64,000 nucleotides of DNA, taken from Alphaproteobacteria bacterium. GTDB taxonomy: Bacteria; Pseudomonadota; Alphaproteobacteria; JAAXGF01. The notes beneath the pieces were generated by a model. That model was not told the DNA's origin. It made no database searches and saw only the letters and a program-made list of their open reading frames with translations. The position numbers and the translations under genes were made by a program. The stretch is from assembly GCA_963555825.3 (NCBI GenBank), contig CAUVXB020000001.1:2272001-2336000 (forward strand), written 5' to 3'. Position 1 is the stretch's first letter. Each line of letters begins with the position of its first letter. Positions 30,818-42,091 of the stretch are shown piece after piece.

Positions 30818-32641
30818 ATGCGTATAGCCGCCATTGTAATCATAGTAGTCGCTCTGGCTATTACCGGGCTCGTCTTCTTTCTTTTGAGCGGCTTCCTGGA
30901 TGAAAAGGCGGTAGGCCCGTCTACCGAGGCGCCGGCGGAGCCGGCCGTGCAGGTCGTCGTCGCAATGTTCAATCTGCCGGCCGGTAAGGTGCTGGTGCCC
31001 GAAGACCTCAAGTAGCAGCCGTGGCCCGCCAAGGCGGTCGACGAAAACTACGTCATCCAGCGCGATGGTCAGGGCGCCGAAAAGCTCAAGGAACTCGCCG
31101 GCACCGTGGTCAAGCGCGGCATTCTGATTGGCGAGCCGGTGACCTATGGGAAGGTATTCCGGCGCAACCAGGCGGGCTTCCTTTCCGGCATGCTGACGCC
31201 CGGCAAGCGCGCCATCAGCGTACCGATTTCTCCATTGAACGCTGGCGCCGGGTTCATTCTGCCCGGCGACCGGGTCGATGTGATGTTGCAGCTCCGGGTC
31301 GCCGAAGATTCGGCACAGGGCGCCGGAACCAATCGCGACTACAGCGAGACGATCCTCGAGGACGTGCGCGTCCTCGCCATCGACCAGAACCTCAATGACG
31401 TCCCCGAGGGTTCGGTAGCGCAAGTCGGCGGAGCCGCGACCCTCGAGGTGACGCCCAAAGAGGCCGAAATACTGACCGTCGCCAAGGTGATGGGTACGAT
31501 GTCGCTGGTCCTGCGCAGCCTGACGCCGGGCGACGTCGCGCAACGCGACAAGCTGTACACCAGCGACCTCGAGGTCAGCCGATCGATCAGCCGCAGCTCG
31601 ATGCCGGATGCGGTACAGGTGCTGGCCGCCGGCCGCGACCTCGAGCCCGGCACGCTTTTGCGCGCGCGCGACGTCGTCTGGACCGTGGTACCGCGGCAGG
31701 TCGTGCAAAGCGGCTACTACGTCAAGGGCCGCGCCTCAGTCAGCGATCTTTATGGCGCGCTCGTCACCGCACCGGCGGCGAACGGTGTGCCGTTCGACGC
31801 CGCCAACACGATGGTCCCGTCCGAGCCGGGCTTCCTCACCAAGGTGCTCGCCCCCGGCATGCGCGGGATTAGCGTAACGGTCAACGACGTGACCGGCGTC
31901 GCGGGCTATATCGTGGCGGGAGACCGGGTCGACGTGCTCATGACGCACGAAATCGAAGACCTGGTCGATGATCCCATCTTGACGCCTCGGCGTTTTACCG
32001 AGACGGTCGTTCGCAACATTCGCGTCATCGCGGTGTCGACACGCATCGACACGACCGTCGGCCGGCCCACTTCGGGTGATTTGTTCACGCTCGAGGCGAC
32101 CCCCAAGCAGTCGCAAATACTGACCCCCGCGCCGTCCATCGGCGAAATCTCGTTCACCTTGGCGGGTGCTGGCGATGACCCATACACGCGCTCGCCGACG
32201 CCGTTCACGGCGGACCTCGAGATCAGCGACGCGATGGTCGCGATGCTGCTCAGGGCCGAGGAAATCTACCGCATTCGCGAGCCTGAGCTTCCCGCCTTGC
32301 CGCCGTTCAACCTGAAATATCCGCGCGTGCCCGATGTCCCGGCAATCCGCGTGCGTCGAAATCAACAAGACGCGGCGGAGAAAGCCGCGGCCGCCGCAGT
32401 GACCAGCGAAGAGAACGTCGAGGAACGCGCCAAGACCGAGGCACTGGAAGCCAAGATCATTGAGCTTCAAGCCATGATGGAGGCTCAGGCCGGCGCGCAG
32501 GACACAGCCATGCAGACTAAGATCGACGAGCTCCAGGCCCAGCTGGGTGGCGAGGCGGTGCCGACCGGCGATGTCGGCGGCCCCACGTCGGTAAAGGTCT
32601 ACCGAGCCTCGGAGCCCACGACGATCGAGTTTTATCAGTAG
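30818..32641 (+). pseudogene. cpaB: Flp pilus assembly protein CpaB with two SAF-RcpC modules; in-frame TAG at 31013-31015
   Basis: 30818-31015 and 31106-32641 are the same frame (DLK*QPWP; Trp expected); two copies of PG[KM]R.IS...GF/YI..GDRVDV. Confidence 0.85.
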
Positions 32642-32645
32642 TGAA

Positions 32646-34130
32646 GTGACGAATATGACGTACCTTCGAAGCATCATCGTCGGCCTGATCGCCGTCGTGG
32701 CGCTAACCTCTTTCGTACCGGCGCGTGCGCAAGACGCGACGTTGAGCATCCTCCAAGACCAGATGGCGGTGCCCGCACCCGACGCGATCACGCTGTCGCT
32801 CAACAAGGCGCGCATTATCGAACTGCCGCGGCCTGCCCGCAGCGTGCTGGTCAGCAATCCGTTGATCGCCGACGTGATGATCCGCACGCCGCAGCAGCTT
32901 TATGTGCTGGGCCAGCAGATCGGCGACACCAACGTCTTCGTCCTTGACGATGATGGCCGCCAAATCCTCCAACTCGAAATTCGTGTCGAGCTCGATCTCA
33001 CCGGTTTGCGCCAGGCGTTCGTGAACATCATGCCAGGCGAGCGGGTCGAGGCGACCGCGGTCAACGCGAATATCGTTCTGACCGGTACGGTGCGCTCGTC
33101 GCAGGCGGCCGAGAACGCGCGGCTCCTGGCGCGACGGTTCGTCGACGACGACGACCAGATCATCAACATGCTGCGCATCGCGGCAGACCACCAGGTGATG
33201 TTGCGCGTGCGCATCGCCGAGATGGACCGCAGTGTTGGCAAGGATCTGGGCTTCAACACGACGATCGGGCTTCGCACCGGATTCGGCGGGAAGGACGGCA
33301 AGACGACGGCCACCGTGGATTCGGGTTTCGGCACGGGCCTTGGCAGCGCTGCTGCTGTCGGCACACTTTCTGGAAACACGGCCGGCTTTGCCACGATGAA
33401 CCTATTCCTGGGCACCTTCTTCGAAACGCTGAACGCGACGATCGACGCCCTCGAGAGCCAGGGGCTGGTCAACACCCTCACGCAACCGACCCTGGTGGCC
33501 ATTTCCGGGGAAAACGCAAATCTTCTGGTCGGTGGCGAATTTCCGGTGCCGATTTCGTTTACAGTGACCGAAGGGGGGCTCCCGATTCAGGAGATCGAAA
33601 TCAAGGAGTTCGGCATCCTGCTGACCTTCACGCCGGTCGTGCTCAGCTCGGGGTTGATCAGCCTCAAGCTTTCGACTGAAGTGAGTTCGCTCACCGACAT
33701 CGGCTCGTTCACGCCGGCGACGGGCGCCCTGCAGGTGGCTAGTAGTGCGATTCCAGCGCTCGACGTGCGCAGGGCCGAAACGACGGTCGAGCTGCCGAGC
33801 GGCGGCGGCATCGTCATCGCCGGGCTGCTGCAGGACGACATCCGCAGTGCCGTCCAGGGGTTCCCGGGTCTGAAGGACATTCCGGTGCTCGGCACCCTGT
33901 TCCGCAGCAACAGTTTCCAGAAAGGCGAGACCGAGTTGGTGGTCATGGTCAGTGCCTATCTGGTGAAGTCCGTGTCCGGGCGTGAATTTGCGTTGCCGGG
34001 CGACGGTTTCGTCTCGTCGAACGACTTCGACCTGTATCTGTTGGGCCGTCTGCACGCGGTTTACGCGAAGACAGACTTGCCGCCTCCGATCGAGCCGCTT
34101 CAGGGCCCGATCGGCTATATCATGGAGTAG
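32646..34130 (+). CDS. cpaC: Flp/Tad pilus secretin
   Basis: Pilus N-domain, BON-like region, QVMLRVRIAE, GGEFPVP, PGLKDIPVLGTLF. Confidence 0.92.
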   Translation: MTNMTYLRSIIVGLIAVVALTSFVPARAQDATLSILQDQMAVPAPDAITLSLNKARIIELPRPARSVLVSNPLIADVMIRTPQQLYVLGQQIGDTNVFVLDDDGRQILQLEIRVELDLTGLRQAFVNIMPGERVEATAVNANIVLTGTVRSSQAAENARLLARRFVDDDDQIINMLRIAADHQVMLRVRIAEMDRSVGKDLGFNTTIGLRTGFGGKDGKTTATVDSGFGTGLGSAAAVGTLSGNTAGFATMNLFLGTFFETLNATIDALESQGLVNTLTQPTLVAISGENANLLVGGEFPVPISFTVTEGGLPIQEIEIKEFGILLTFTPVVLSSGLISLKLSTEVSSLTDIGSFTPATGALQVASSAIPALDVRRAETTVELPSGGGIVIAGLLQDDIRSAVQGFPGLKDIPVLGTLFRSNSFQKGETELVVMVSAYLVKSVSGREFALPGDGFVSSNDFDLYLLGRLHAVYAKTDLPPPIEPLQGPIGYIME

Positions 34131-34135
34131 AGAGC

Positions 34136-34240
34136 ATGGCGCGTGTAATTCCGAGTCCTGGTCGTGCTGCCGGTATTCTCGCGGTTGGCGCCGTGTTGCT
34201 GCTCGGCGCCGCCTGCACGACGCCCGACTACTACACGGTC
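34136..34240 (+). pseudogene. 5' stub of a lipoprotein (CpaD position) truncated by IS21
   Basis: MARVIPSPGRAAGILAVGAVLLLGAACTTPDYYTV with lipobox, ends at the IS left end; directly follows cpaC. Confidence 0.6.
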
Positions 34241-34358
34241 TGAGAACGGCAGAGCAATAATCCCCCACTGAAGCGGCCGGTCGATCCGGCTGCGGCGGAC
34301 CAAAATGGGACCGCGTATAGCCTTCTGTCAGGGTTGCTCTGACTGGAAGGCGGGGGGG

Positions 34359-35858
34359 ATGTATCGGGTGGAGTTGTACGCACGGGTTCGGCGGGCGTGT
34401 CATGTCGAGGGGATGAGCACCCGCGAGGCCTCGCGGGTGTTTGGTGTAGACCGCAAGACGGTCCGTAAGATGCTGTCGTTCTCGGTGCCGCCAGGGTATC
34501 GCCGAAGCGCGCCGCCGAGGCGGCCAAAGCTGGGTCCGTTCACGGGAATCATCGATCGGATCTTGGAAGACGATCGGACCAGCCACCGCAAGCAACGGCA
34601 CACTGCGAAGCGCATCTTCGACCGCCTCCGGGACGAGTACGGTTTCACGGGCGGCTACACCATCGTGAAGGACTACGTTCGTGAGCAGGGGCTTCGGTCG
34701 CGTGAGGTGTTCGTGCCACTCTCCCATTCCCCCGGTCACGCCCAGGCGGACTTCGGCGAAGCGATGGCGGTGATCGGCGGCGCGTTACGGAAGATCCACT
34801 TCCTTGCCTTCGACCTTCCCCACAGTGATGGTTGCTTTGTTGCGGCCTATCCGGCGGAGACGACCGAAGCATTCTGCGATGGCCACAACGCGGCGTTTGC
34901 CTTCTTCGGCGGCGTCCCCCGATCCATCCTGTACGACAACACCAAGCTGGCGGTTGCCCGGATCCTGGGCGATGGGAAGCGGCAGCGAACGCGCGTCTTC
35001 ACGGAGCTTCAGTCCCACTATCTGTTCGAGGACAGGTTCGGCCGGCCGGGCAAGGGCAACGACAAGGGCAAGGTCGAGGGACTGGTCGGCTTCATCCGGC
35101 GGAACTTCCTGGTCCCCGTCCCGCGTGCCGAGAGCTTCGCGGCCCTCAACGATGCTCTCGCCGAACAGTGCCGCCGGCGCCAGGCGGCGCGGCTGCGGGG
35201 CCACAAGGAGACCATCGGCGAGCGTCTCGAGCGGGATCGTCAAGTTCTCTTGCCATTGCCGCCTGCTCCCTATGATGCCTGCGATAAGCGCCCTGGACGG
35301 GCGAGTTCGCTGTCGCTGGTGCGTTACCGCAGCAACGACTATTCCGTGCCCGTGGCCTACGGCCACCGTGAGGTGCTCATCCGGGGCTACGTCGATGAGG
35401 TGGTGATCAGCTGCGGGGCCGAGGTGATCGCCCGGCACCGCCGGTCCTACGACAGCGAGGACCTGATCTTCGACCCGCTGCATTACCTGCCCTTGATCGA
35501 GCAGAAGATCGGCGCCCTCGACCAGGCCGCGCCATTGGCGGGCTGGGACCTGCCCGAGGCCTTCATCACTCTGCGGCGGCTCCTCGAAGCTCGTATGGGC
35601 AAGGCAGGCAAGCGCGAGTACGTCCAGGTGCTCCGTCTACTGGAGACCTTCCGGCTCGAGGAGGTCGAGGGTGCGGTCGGCGACGCCCTGCGGCTCGGCG
35701 CAATCGGCTTTGATGCGGTGAAGCACCTGGTACTGTGCCGCATCGAGCGGCGGCCGCCCAGGCTCAACCTCGACGTCTATCCGTATCTGCCGCGCGCCCG
35801 GGTCGCGATGACGTCCGCCAAGTCGTACATGAGCCTGCTGTCGGGGCTCGGCGCATGA
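34359..35858 (+). CDS. istA: IS21 transposase
   Basis: HTH, QADFG, LYDN, DKGKVEGLVG. Confidence 0.95.
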   Translation: MYRVELYARVRRACHVEGMSTREASRVFGVDRKTVRKMLSFSVPPGYRRSAPPRRPKLGPFTGIIDRILEDDRTSHRKQRHTAKRIFDRLRDEYGFTGGYTIVKDYVREQGLRSREVFVPLSHSPGHAQADFGEAMAVIGGALRKIHFLAFDLPHSDGCFVAAYPAETTEAFCDGHNAAFAFFGGVPRSILYDNTKLAVARILGDGKRQRTRVFTELQSHYLFEDRFGRPGKGNDKGKVEGLVGFIRRNFLVPVPRAESFAALNDALAEQCRRRQAARLRGHKETIGERLERDRQVLLPLPPAPYDACDKRPGRASSLSLVRYRSNDYSVPVAYGHREVLIRGYVDEVVISCGAEVIARHRRSYDSEDLIFDPLHYLPLIEQKIGALDQAAPLAGWDLPEAFITLRRLLEARMGKAGKREYVQVLRLLETFRLEEVEGAVGDALRLGAIGFDAVKHLVLCRIERRPPRLNLDVYPYLPRARVAMTSAKSYMSLLSGLGA

Positions 35859-36619
35859 CCGACACACCGCAAGTGCTGCTCGCCCACCACCTCAAGACGC
35901 TGAAGCTGCCGACCTTCCTGCGCGAGTACGACAAGATCGCCCGGCAGTGCGCCTCGGAAGGCGTCGATCACGTCCGCTACCTGTTGAGACTCGCCGAGCT
36001 CGAGCTGATCGACCGCGAGCGCCGCATGGTCGAGCGGCGCATCAAGGCGGCGCGCTTCCCCGTGGTCAAGAGCCTCGACAGCTTCGACTTCAAGGTCATC
36101 CCCTCGCTCAACAAGGCGCTGGTCCTGGAGCTGGCCCGCTGCGAGTACATCGAGCGCCGCGAGAACCTCATCGCGCTCGGCAACAGTGGGACCGGCAAGA
36201 CCCACATCGCCCTCGGTCTCGGCCTGGCGGCCTGCCAGAAGGGCCTCTCGGTCGGCTTCATCACCGCCGCCGCGCTGGTCCACGAACTCATCGAGGCCCG
36301 CGATGACAAGCAGCTGCTGAGGTTCCAGAAGAAGCTCGCCACCTACAAGCTTCTGATCGTCGACGAACTCGGCTTCGTGCCGCTGTCGAAGACCGGCGCC
36401 GAGCTGTTGTTCGAGGTGTTCAGCCAACGCTACGAGCGGGGCTCGACCCTGGTCACCACCAATCTGCCCTTCGACGAATGGACCGAGGTGTTCGGCTCCG
36501 AGCGCCTCACCGGCGCGCTCCTCGATCGCCTCACCCACCACGTCAACATCCTCGAGATGAACGGTGACAGCTACAGGCTCAACCAGAGCCGCAGGCGTCA
36601 AACCCCGACTGCTAACTGA
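35855..36619 (+). CDS. istB: IS21 AAA+ helper ATPase
   Basis: GNSGTGKTH, LLIVDELG, LLDRLTHH. Confidence 0.95.
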   Translation: MTDTPQVLLAHHLKTLKLPTFLREYDKIARQCASEGVDHVRYLLRLAELELIDRERRMVERRIKAARFPVVKSLDSFDFKVIPSLNKALVLELARCEYIERRENLIALGNSGTGKTHIALGLGLAACQKGLSVGFITAAALVHELIEARDDKQLLRFQKKLATYKLLIVDELGFVPLSKTGAELLFEVFSQRYERGSTLVTTNLPFDEWTEVFGSERLTGALLDRLTHHVNILEMNGDSYRLNQSRRRQTPTAN

Positions 36620-36810
36620 ACCGACCACCCAGCCCACGCTTGACCCCGTGGGCCCACAGGTCCCTCCCGCGCGCGCCGCCGCGTCAGCCTGTTGAGGGCA
36701 CGCCGCGTCGCGCGCGGGGCCCTCCCGTGGACTACGGGGACAAGCCCGCAGCCGCCAAGCGGTCCCTTCTTACACCGCCGAGGTGGTCCCTTTTTGCTCC
36801 GCCATTGACA

Positions 36811-37136
36811 CCCATCAAAATACCGGTGACGCGCGTCCAGTCGGGCACCAGCATCCAGCACCAGATTACGACCACGATCGCGGCGACCTCGATGAGCGGA
36901 TAGAAAGCGGGGACCGCCGTGCCGCAATAGCGGCAACGGCCCCGGCTGGCGATCCAGTTGACGACAGGCAGCAGATCGATGGCGCCCAGCGTGTGGCCAC
37001 AACTGTCGCACGCCGAACGGGGCAGGACGACGCTTTGCCCTTCAGGAACGCGCAGCACCACGGTACCCAGGTGGCTGCCTGTGATGGGCGCGATGGCGAG
37101 CGTGAAAATCGAAGCGACGAGGAGTGGATCGGTCAT
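36811..37136 (-). pseudogene. pilD: N-terminal part of PilD-type prepilin peptidase, truncated by IS21
   Basis: PRSACDSCGHTL..DLLPVVNW...GRCRYCG zinc domain; C-terminal protease domain missing. Confidence 0.85.
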
Positions 37137-37320
37137 TCGGCACCGTGATTTCTTGTCGGGTAATCCACAGTGGCCAACTTGCATGCTGCCAACCCGCGCT
37201 TCAAGTCGATTACGTCGTTTCGGTCGCGATTGTCGGCCGGGGTCGACGAATCACGGTGACGCAACAGGGCTTTTACGCGAGAATGCTCCCGATTTCAGGC
37301 GTCCCAGGAGATGGAATTCG

Positions 37321-37653
37321 ATGAGCGAGAACGTCGGCACCGATTGGCATCTGGTCGCCAAGACGAGCGAAGTCACCGAGGACGAGCCCAAGGCGGTTCG
37401 CGTTGGCGACCATTTGATCGCGTTGTTCAGTTTGGACGGTGAATATTTTGCCACGCACGACATCTGCACCCACGAATTCGCTTCCCTCTCCGAGGGCTTC
37501 GTCGACGGCGACGTCATCGAATGCCCGCTTCACGCCGGCACTTTCGATATCCGCACCGGCAAGGCCATGTCGCCGCCGGTGACAGAGGACCTCCGTACCT
37601 ATTCGGTCAAGGTCGAGGGCGACGACATCTACGTCGCGGTCGAAACGGGTTGA
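37321..37653 (+). CDS. Rieske [2Fe-2S] ferredoxin, oxygenase type
   Basis: CTH...CPLH, FDIRTG. Confidence 0.92.
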   Translation: MSENVGTDWHLVAKTSEVTEDEPKAVRVGDHLIALFSLDGEYFATHDICTHEFASLSEGFVDGDVIECPLHAGTFDIRTGKAMSPPVTEDLRTYSVKVEGDDIYVAVETG

Positions 37654-37693
37654 GCGCGGGCCGTCTGGCCGACAGCGTCGGGATGCCATCGGT

Positions 37694-38926
37694 ATGACGT
37701 CACAAGAGACATTCGTCGTAATCGGCGCCGGCCAGGCAGGCGGCCGCGCGGTCGAGGCAATGCGCACCGAGGGCTTCGATGGCCGCATCGTACTGGTCGG
37801 CGCCGAGGCCCATGTCCCCTATGAACGGCCGCCACTGTCGAAGCAGCTGCTGATCTCCGACGACGAGGAGCCGGCGCGCACCTATATTCATGGCGCAGAC
37901 TTCTACCGCGAAAAGGACATCGATCTACGCCTCGGCGTGCAGGCGACGCACATCGACCGCGACGCAAGACGCGTCACCCTGTCGGACGGCGATACGCTCG
38001 ACTACTCGAAGCTGCTTTTGACCACCGGCTCGAAGCTGCGCCGCCTGTCGATTCCGGGAAGCGGTCTCGCCAGCATCCATTATCTGCGCAATATCGAGGA
38101 GTCGCTCGCCATTCGGAGTGAACTCACGGTCGACGCCGCGCTGGTCGTCGTCGGCGGCGGGTACATCGGGCTCGAGGTCGCTGCCGCGGCGCGCACGCGA
38201 GGCTGCCGCGTCACCGTCATCGAGATGGAAGAAGTCGTGATGAACCGGGTGGTCGCGCCCGAGATCGGGCGCTTCTTCGCTGAGGTACACCGCGCGCAAG
38301 GCGTCGATATCCGTACCGGCGAGGGCGTCGCCGGTTTCGACGGCGAGGACCGCGTCACGGCCGTCGTCGGCGCTAGCGGCACCCGGTACCCCGCCGATCT
38401 CGTCGTCGTCGGCGTCGGCATCCTGGCCGAAACCAGCCTCGCCGAAGCCGCCGGGCTGGAAGTCACCAACGGGGTCGACGTCGATGAATTCGGCCAGACG
38501 TCCGATCCCGACATCTTCGCCGCCGGGGACGTCGCCAACCAGCCGTCGCCCATCGGCATCCGGCGATGGCGGCTCGAGTCGTGGCGGAATGCCCAGAACC
38601 AGGCGATCGCGGTGGCCCGCGTCATGTGCGGCACGAGAACGCCCTATGCCGAGACCCCCTGGTTCTGGTCCGACCAATATGATCTCAACCTACAGATGAC
38701 GGGGCTCACCGACAGCTGGGACCGGCTGGTCTTTCGCGGCGATCCCGCGGACCGCAAGTTCACGGCTTTCTACATGGCGGCCGACAGGGTGGTGATGGCG
38801 AACGCAGTGAACGCGCCGCGTGAACTGCGGTTCGCCCGCATGCTGATCGAGGCTGCCGCACCCGTCGCGGACGCGGCACTGGCCGACCCGGCGGTGCCCC
38901 TGAAATCGCTCCTTCCGGCAGGCTGA
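37694..38926 (+). CDS. FAD/NAD(P)H ferredoxin reductase, oxygenase-coupled type
   Basis: GAGQAG, YERPPLSK, GGGYIGLE, AAGD, PWFWSDQY. Confidence 0.93.
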   Translation: MTSQETFVVIGAGQAGGRAVEAMRTEGFDGRIVLVGAEAHVPYERPPLSKQLLISDDEEPARTYIHGADFYREKDIDLRLGVQATHIDRDARRVTLSDGDTLDYSKLLLTTGSKLRRLSIPGSGLASIHYLRNIEESLAIRSELTVDAALVVVGGGYIGLEVAAAARTRGCRVTVIEMEEVVMNRVVAPEIGRFFAEVHRAQGVDIRTGEGVAGFDGEDRVTAVVGASGTRYPADLVVVGVGILAETSLAEAAGLEVTNGVDVDEFGQTSDPDIFAAGDVANQPSPIGIRRWRLESWRNAQNQAIAVARVMCGTRTPYAETPWFWSDQYDLNLQMTGLTDSWDRLVFRGDPADRKFTAFYMAADRVVMANAVNAPRELRFARMLIEAAAPVADAALADPAVPLKSLLPAG

Positions 38927-38933
38927 CCGCCGG

Positions 38934-40177
38934 TCAGGGCGCGATCAACAGGCAGGGCTGGTTGTTGCTGTGGATCTTGGTGCAGAGATCGGCGGCAACG
39001 AACTCGCTGTCGACCGGACCGACGCGCACACGATAGTTGCCCGTTGCCCCGCCATCCTCGATCCGCAAGACTTGGAACCTTAATCCCCTGAGCAGATCGT
39101 TGTGCGTATTGCGCAAGAGGCTCGAACCACTGATCGCGGCATCCTCCGTCGTAAAGGCGCCAAGTTCGATCATGAAACCGTCCTCGACCACCGTCACGGC
39201 GGGCGGCAGCACGGCAACGTCAATTTCCTGTTTCTCGATGACGACGGGCACCGTCATCACGGTCGGCACCGAGGGCGGCTGCGACGTTATCGCCACTACC
39301 GGCAGCTGGGCGTTGGTCGCGCCACTGATCGTCACCGTCGAGGACGACGAGGATGCCGCGGCGGTCGTCGGATTGATCAGCTGGTAGTAACGAAGGTTGT
39401 GCTGCACGATCGCGGTCGATAGGTCGCGCTTCAGCAACCGCTCAGCAGCGTCGAGGTCGCCCTTCATGGCATAAAGCAGCGCTAGGTTCTGACGCACCTG
39501 AACCCGGAACCGCGAAGCCGTGCCGCGCGCTCGAGCGTCGTGATGCCGCCCGCGAGGTTGCCGCTCAGCGTCATCGACAACGCCAAATTGTTGAGCACGC
39601 TGACCGCGTCCGGCGACACCACGAGCGCCGCATTATAGCGTTTCTGTGCCTTCACGGGATCACCGGTCACGTCGTGGGCGATGCCGAGCGCCGACAGCGC
39701 GCGCCAGTCGCTGGGCGCCCGGGTCACCACGTCGGACAAGGTCGCGATCGCCTCGCGGCTCAAGCCCGCCGCCAATTGCGCCTTGCCGAGTTCCGCCTTG
39801 AGGTCGAGCCGCGACGGATTCTTCTGGAGGGACGCCGTCAGTATGCGGACCGCTTCGCCCGCCTGGCCAGAGAGCCGGAGATTGCGCGCCAAGCCGATGG
39901 CCGCGCTTATATCGCTGGGATTGCGCGCCTGCAGATTCTGGTAGTAGCCGGTTGCCGCCTGGTAGTCGTTGGCGCTCTGGGAACGCTCGGCGGCGCTGCG
40001 CAGGAAGTTGCTGATAGGTTCGTCGATCTTCGGTGGTTCAGTCACCGCGACTTCGACGCTTTCCTCGGCGTCAGTCGTTATGATGCATGCCGAGAGCGTC
40101 AGCGCAAGGGCAACCGCCCAGGCCGACATGCCACAGGCGCGCAGAACGCGACGTGTCGATCCACTCGCATCAGACAT
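38934..40177 (-). CDS. TadD-like TPR lipoprotein with C-terminal SPOR domain; frameshift near 39500
   Basis: Lipobox LSAC, TPRs (VLNNLALS, RQNLAL), SPOR (IELGAF...YRVRVGP...LC...C) split across ORFs 39482-40351 and 38934-39497. Confidence 0.8.
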
Positions 40178-40347
40178 CGGTAATTGAATTTGATTCGGCA
40201 CTTCGGTCTGCTTCTGAATATGCATGGCGCCCGCGCGGACTATATCGGGGTGCGATTCGTCGGGCAAGCGTGTCGACCGCCGGGAGGCGTCGGTGGAAAC
40301 GAGACGCCGCGCATGAGTGGTTGCCGTGTCCACGGCGGTGATTCCAA

Positions 40348-40952
40348 TCACTCGACCAACTCACCTGACTTGTATTTACAACGGCTGCGTTCACCGTCAG
40401 CCGTTGTGCACTTGCCCTTGCCGTTTGGTTTTCCCTTGTAAAACTGCCCTTCGAAACCAGTGCCGTCGGCCCATTTCATGATGCCGAATCCGTGGCGCCG
40501 GTCGTCCCGCCATCTACCTTTGTAGTGTCGACCGTCGGCCCAGGCCATGACGCCCCGACCGTACATCCGATCGTTGCTCCAGTCGCCTTCACAACGACTG
40601 CCGTCAGGCAAGACCATGACGCCGCGGCCATCGCGCTTGTCGTTGCGCCAGGCACCATCGTAGCTGCCGCCGTCGGCCAATTGCATCGTCCCCTTGCCCT
40701 GCCGCCTACCGTTCACCAGCGAACCCTCGAACCGATCGGTTTTTTGCCATTGAGTATCCATTGGACGACGCCCGGTCCCTGGGCGATGTCCGCCACCTCG
40801 CAGTTGCCGTTCCATAGAACGCGCTGATCGGGTTGCGGGTTCTCGTTCCAGACGAGGCAGTAGGTGCGCGTGTCGGGGATCCATTCTCCGGCGCTGGCCA
40901 CCGTGCCGTTCAAGCCGACAAACACCGAAAAGAGCCATACCAATCGGTTCAT
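40348..40952 (-). CDS. Exported MORN-repeat protein; frameshift in the T-run near 40740
   Basis: Signal peptide then repeated Y.G.W..D...G.G...W.DG units in the adjacent frame. Confidence 0.8.
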
Positions 40953-41179
40953 GAATATTCTCACCGTGTGATTCGCGTTTCGCCGATTGTAGCACGACAG
41001 GCCGGGTGCGCAGTAGGGGCCGCTTTGCGATCCGGGGCACATTGCAGTATCCACGTCCGGTTCATCGCCCTTGTTTACAGCGATCCGTGCCAATGATTTC
41101 CGTGCTTTAGGCTGCGTCCCTGTTATGTTACAGTCAATACTGTCTGTATCGCACCCGGTTCCTTGGACACAAGTTTGTC

Positions 41180-42091
41180 TCATGCGGCGGGCCTGAGTGA
41201 CATCGCGGTGTGCCACGCCTGACGAGCTTGAGCGGGGCTCAGGTAGCCGTTCTTCTCCACGATCCACTGGGCATTGTACTGTTCGACGAACCCGCGGACG
41301 GCGTTCCGCAGCTCCGCGATGTTGCGGTAGATGCGGCCATGGATGATCTGTTCCTTGAGCGTGCGATTGAACCTCTCGGCGACGCCGTTGGTCTGGGGCT
41401 GTTCGACGAAGGCGTAGGACGGCTGGATGCCCCAGAACTTGATCTGGTTGGTGAAGTGGTCCGACAGATACTGGGAGCCGTGATCCATCCGCAAGGCCAG
41501 CCCCCGCGCCGCACCGGCGGAGGTCGAGGCATACAGCCTCGCAAGCCCCATGGAGATCGGCTGAAGGGCGGCGAAGCGGTCGCCTCGCTTGCACACATGC
41601 CAGCCGACGCACTCGGCGTTCCAATGCTCGATGGCGGTGAATATCCAGCCCCAGCCGTCGTCCACCGTGAACACCCGAACGCCGTCCGTGCCCCACATGA
41701 GGTTGGGGGCATGGGTGATGATCTCACCGACATGGGGATTTCCGCCACGGCGGCGGCAGCGATGGGGCGAGAGCAGGTTGTTCTCGCGCATCACCCGGAG
41801 CCCCCGCTTGCGGGAAACACGGATGCCACGACAGACCCGAAGCCGAGCCCAGACCTTGCGGTGTCCCTCGCCCTCCCAGGGGGATGCCTCCAGGTCGGCC
41901 TCGATGGCCACCAGCAGAGCCTCGTCCGAGATCGAGGGCTTCGGTCCCCGGCGCTTTGCTGGTGGGCGCTCAGCGGTGGCCTGCTGCCGGGATTTCATGG
42001 CGTAGAACGAGGAACGGGCAAAACCCCAGGCCGCACAGACCCGCTGGAGGCCGTAGGCCAAACCCGTGCCGGGAGAGGTGGCGGCACTCAT
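41180..42091 (-). CDS. IS3-like transposase OrfB (rve/DDE)
   Basis: WGTDG, RMDHGSQY, NGVAERFNRTLKE. Confidence 0.92.
   Translation of the reverse strand: MSAATSPGTGLAYGLQRVCAAWGFARSSFYAMKSRQQATAERPPAKRRGPKPSISDEALLVAIEADLEASPWEGEGHRKVWARLRVCRGIRVSRKRGLRVMRENNLLSPHRCRRRGGNPHVGEIITHAPNLMWGTDGVRVFTVDDGWGWIFTAIEHWNAECVGWHVCKRGDRFAALQPISMGLARLYASTSAGAARGLALRMDHGSQYLSDHFTNQIKFWGIQPSYAFVEQPQTNGVAERFNRTLKEQIIHGRIYRNIAELRNAVRGFVEQYNAQWIVEKNGYLSPAQARQAWHTAMSLRPAA

Larger units (their letters stand above)
34241..36810 (+). mobile_element. IS21-family insertion sequence, no target duplication
   Basis: TG...CA ends with reiterated GGCGGA(G/C)CAAAA..GGGACC motifs; istA-istB; flanks ACACGGTC vs CCCATCAA differ. 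Confidence 0.92.
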
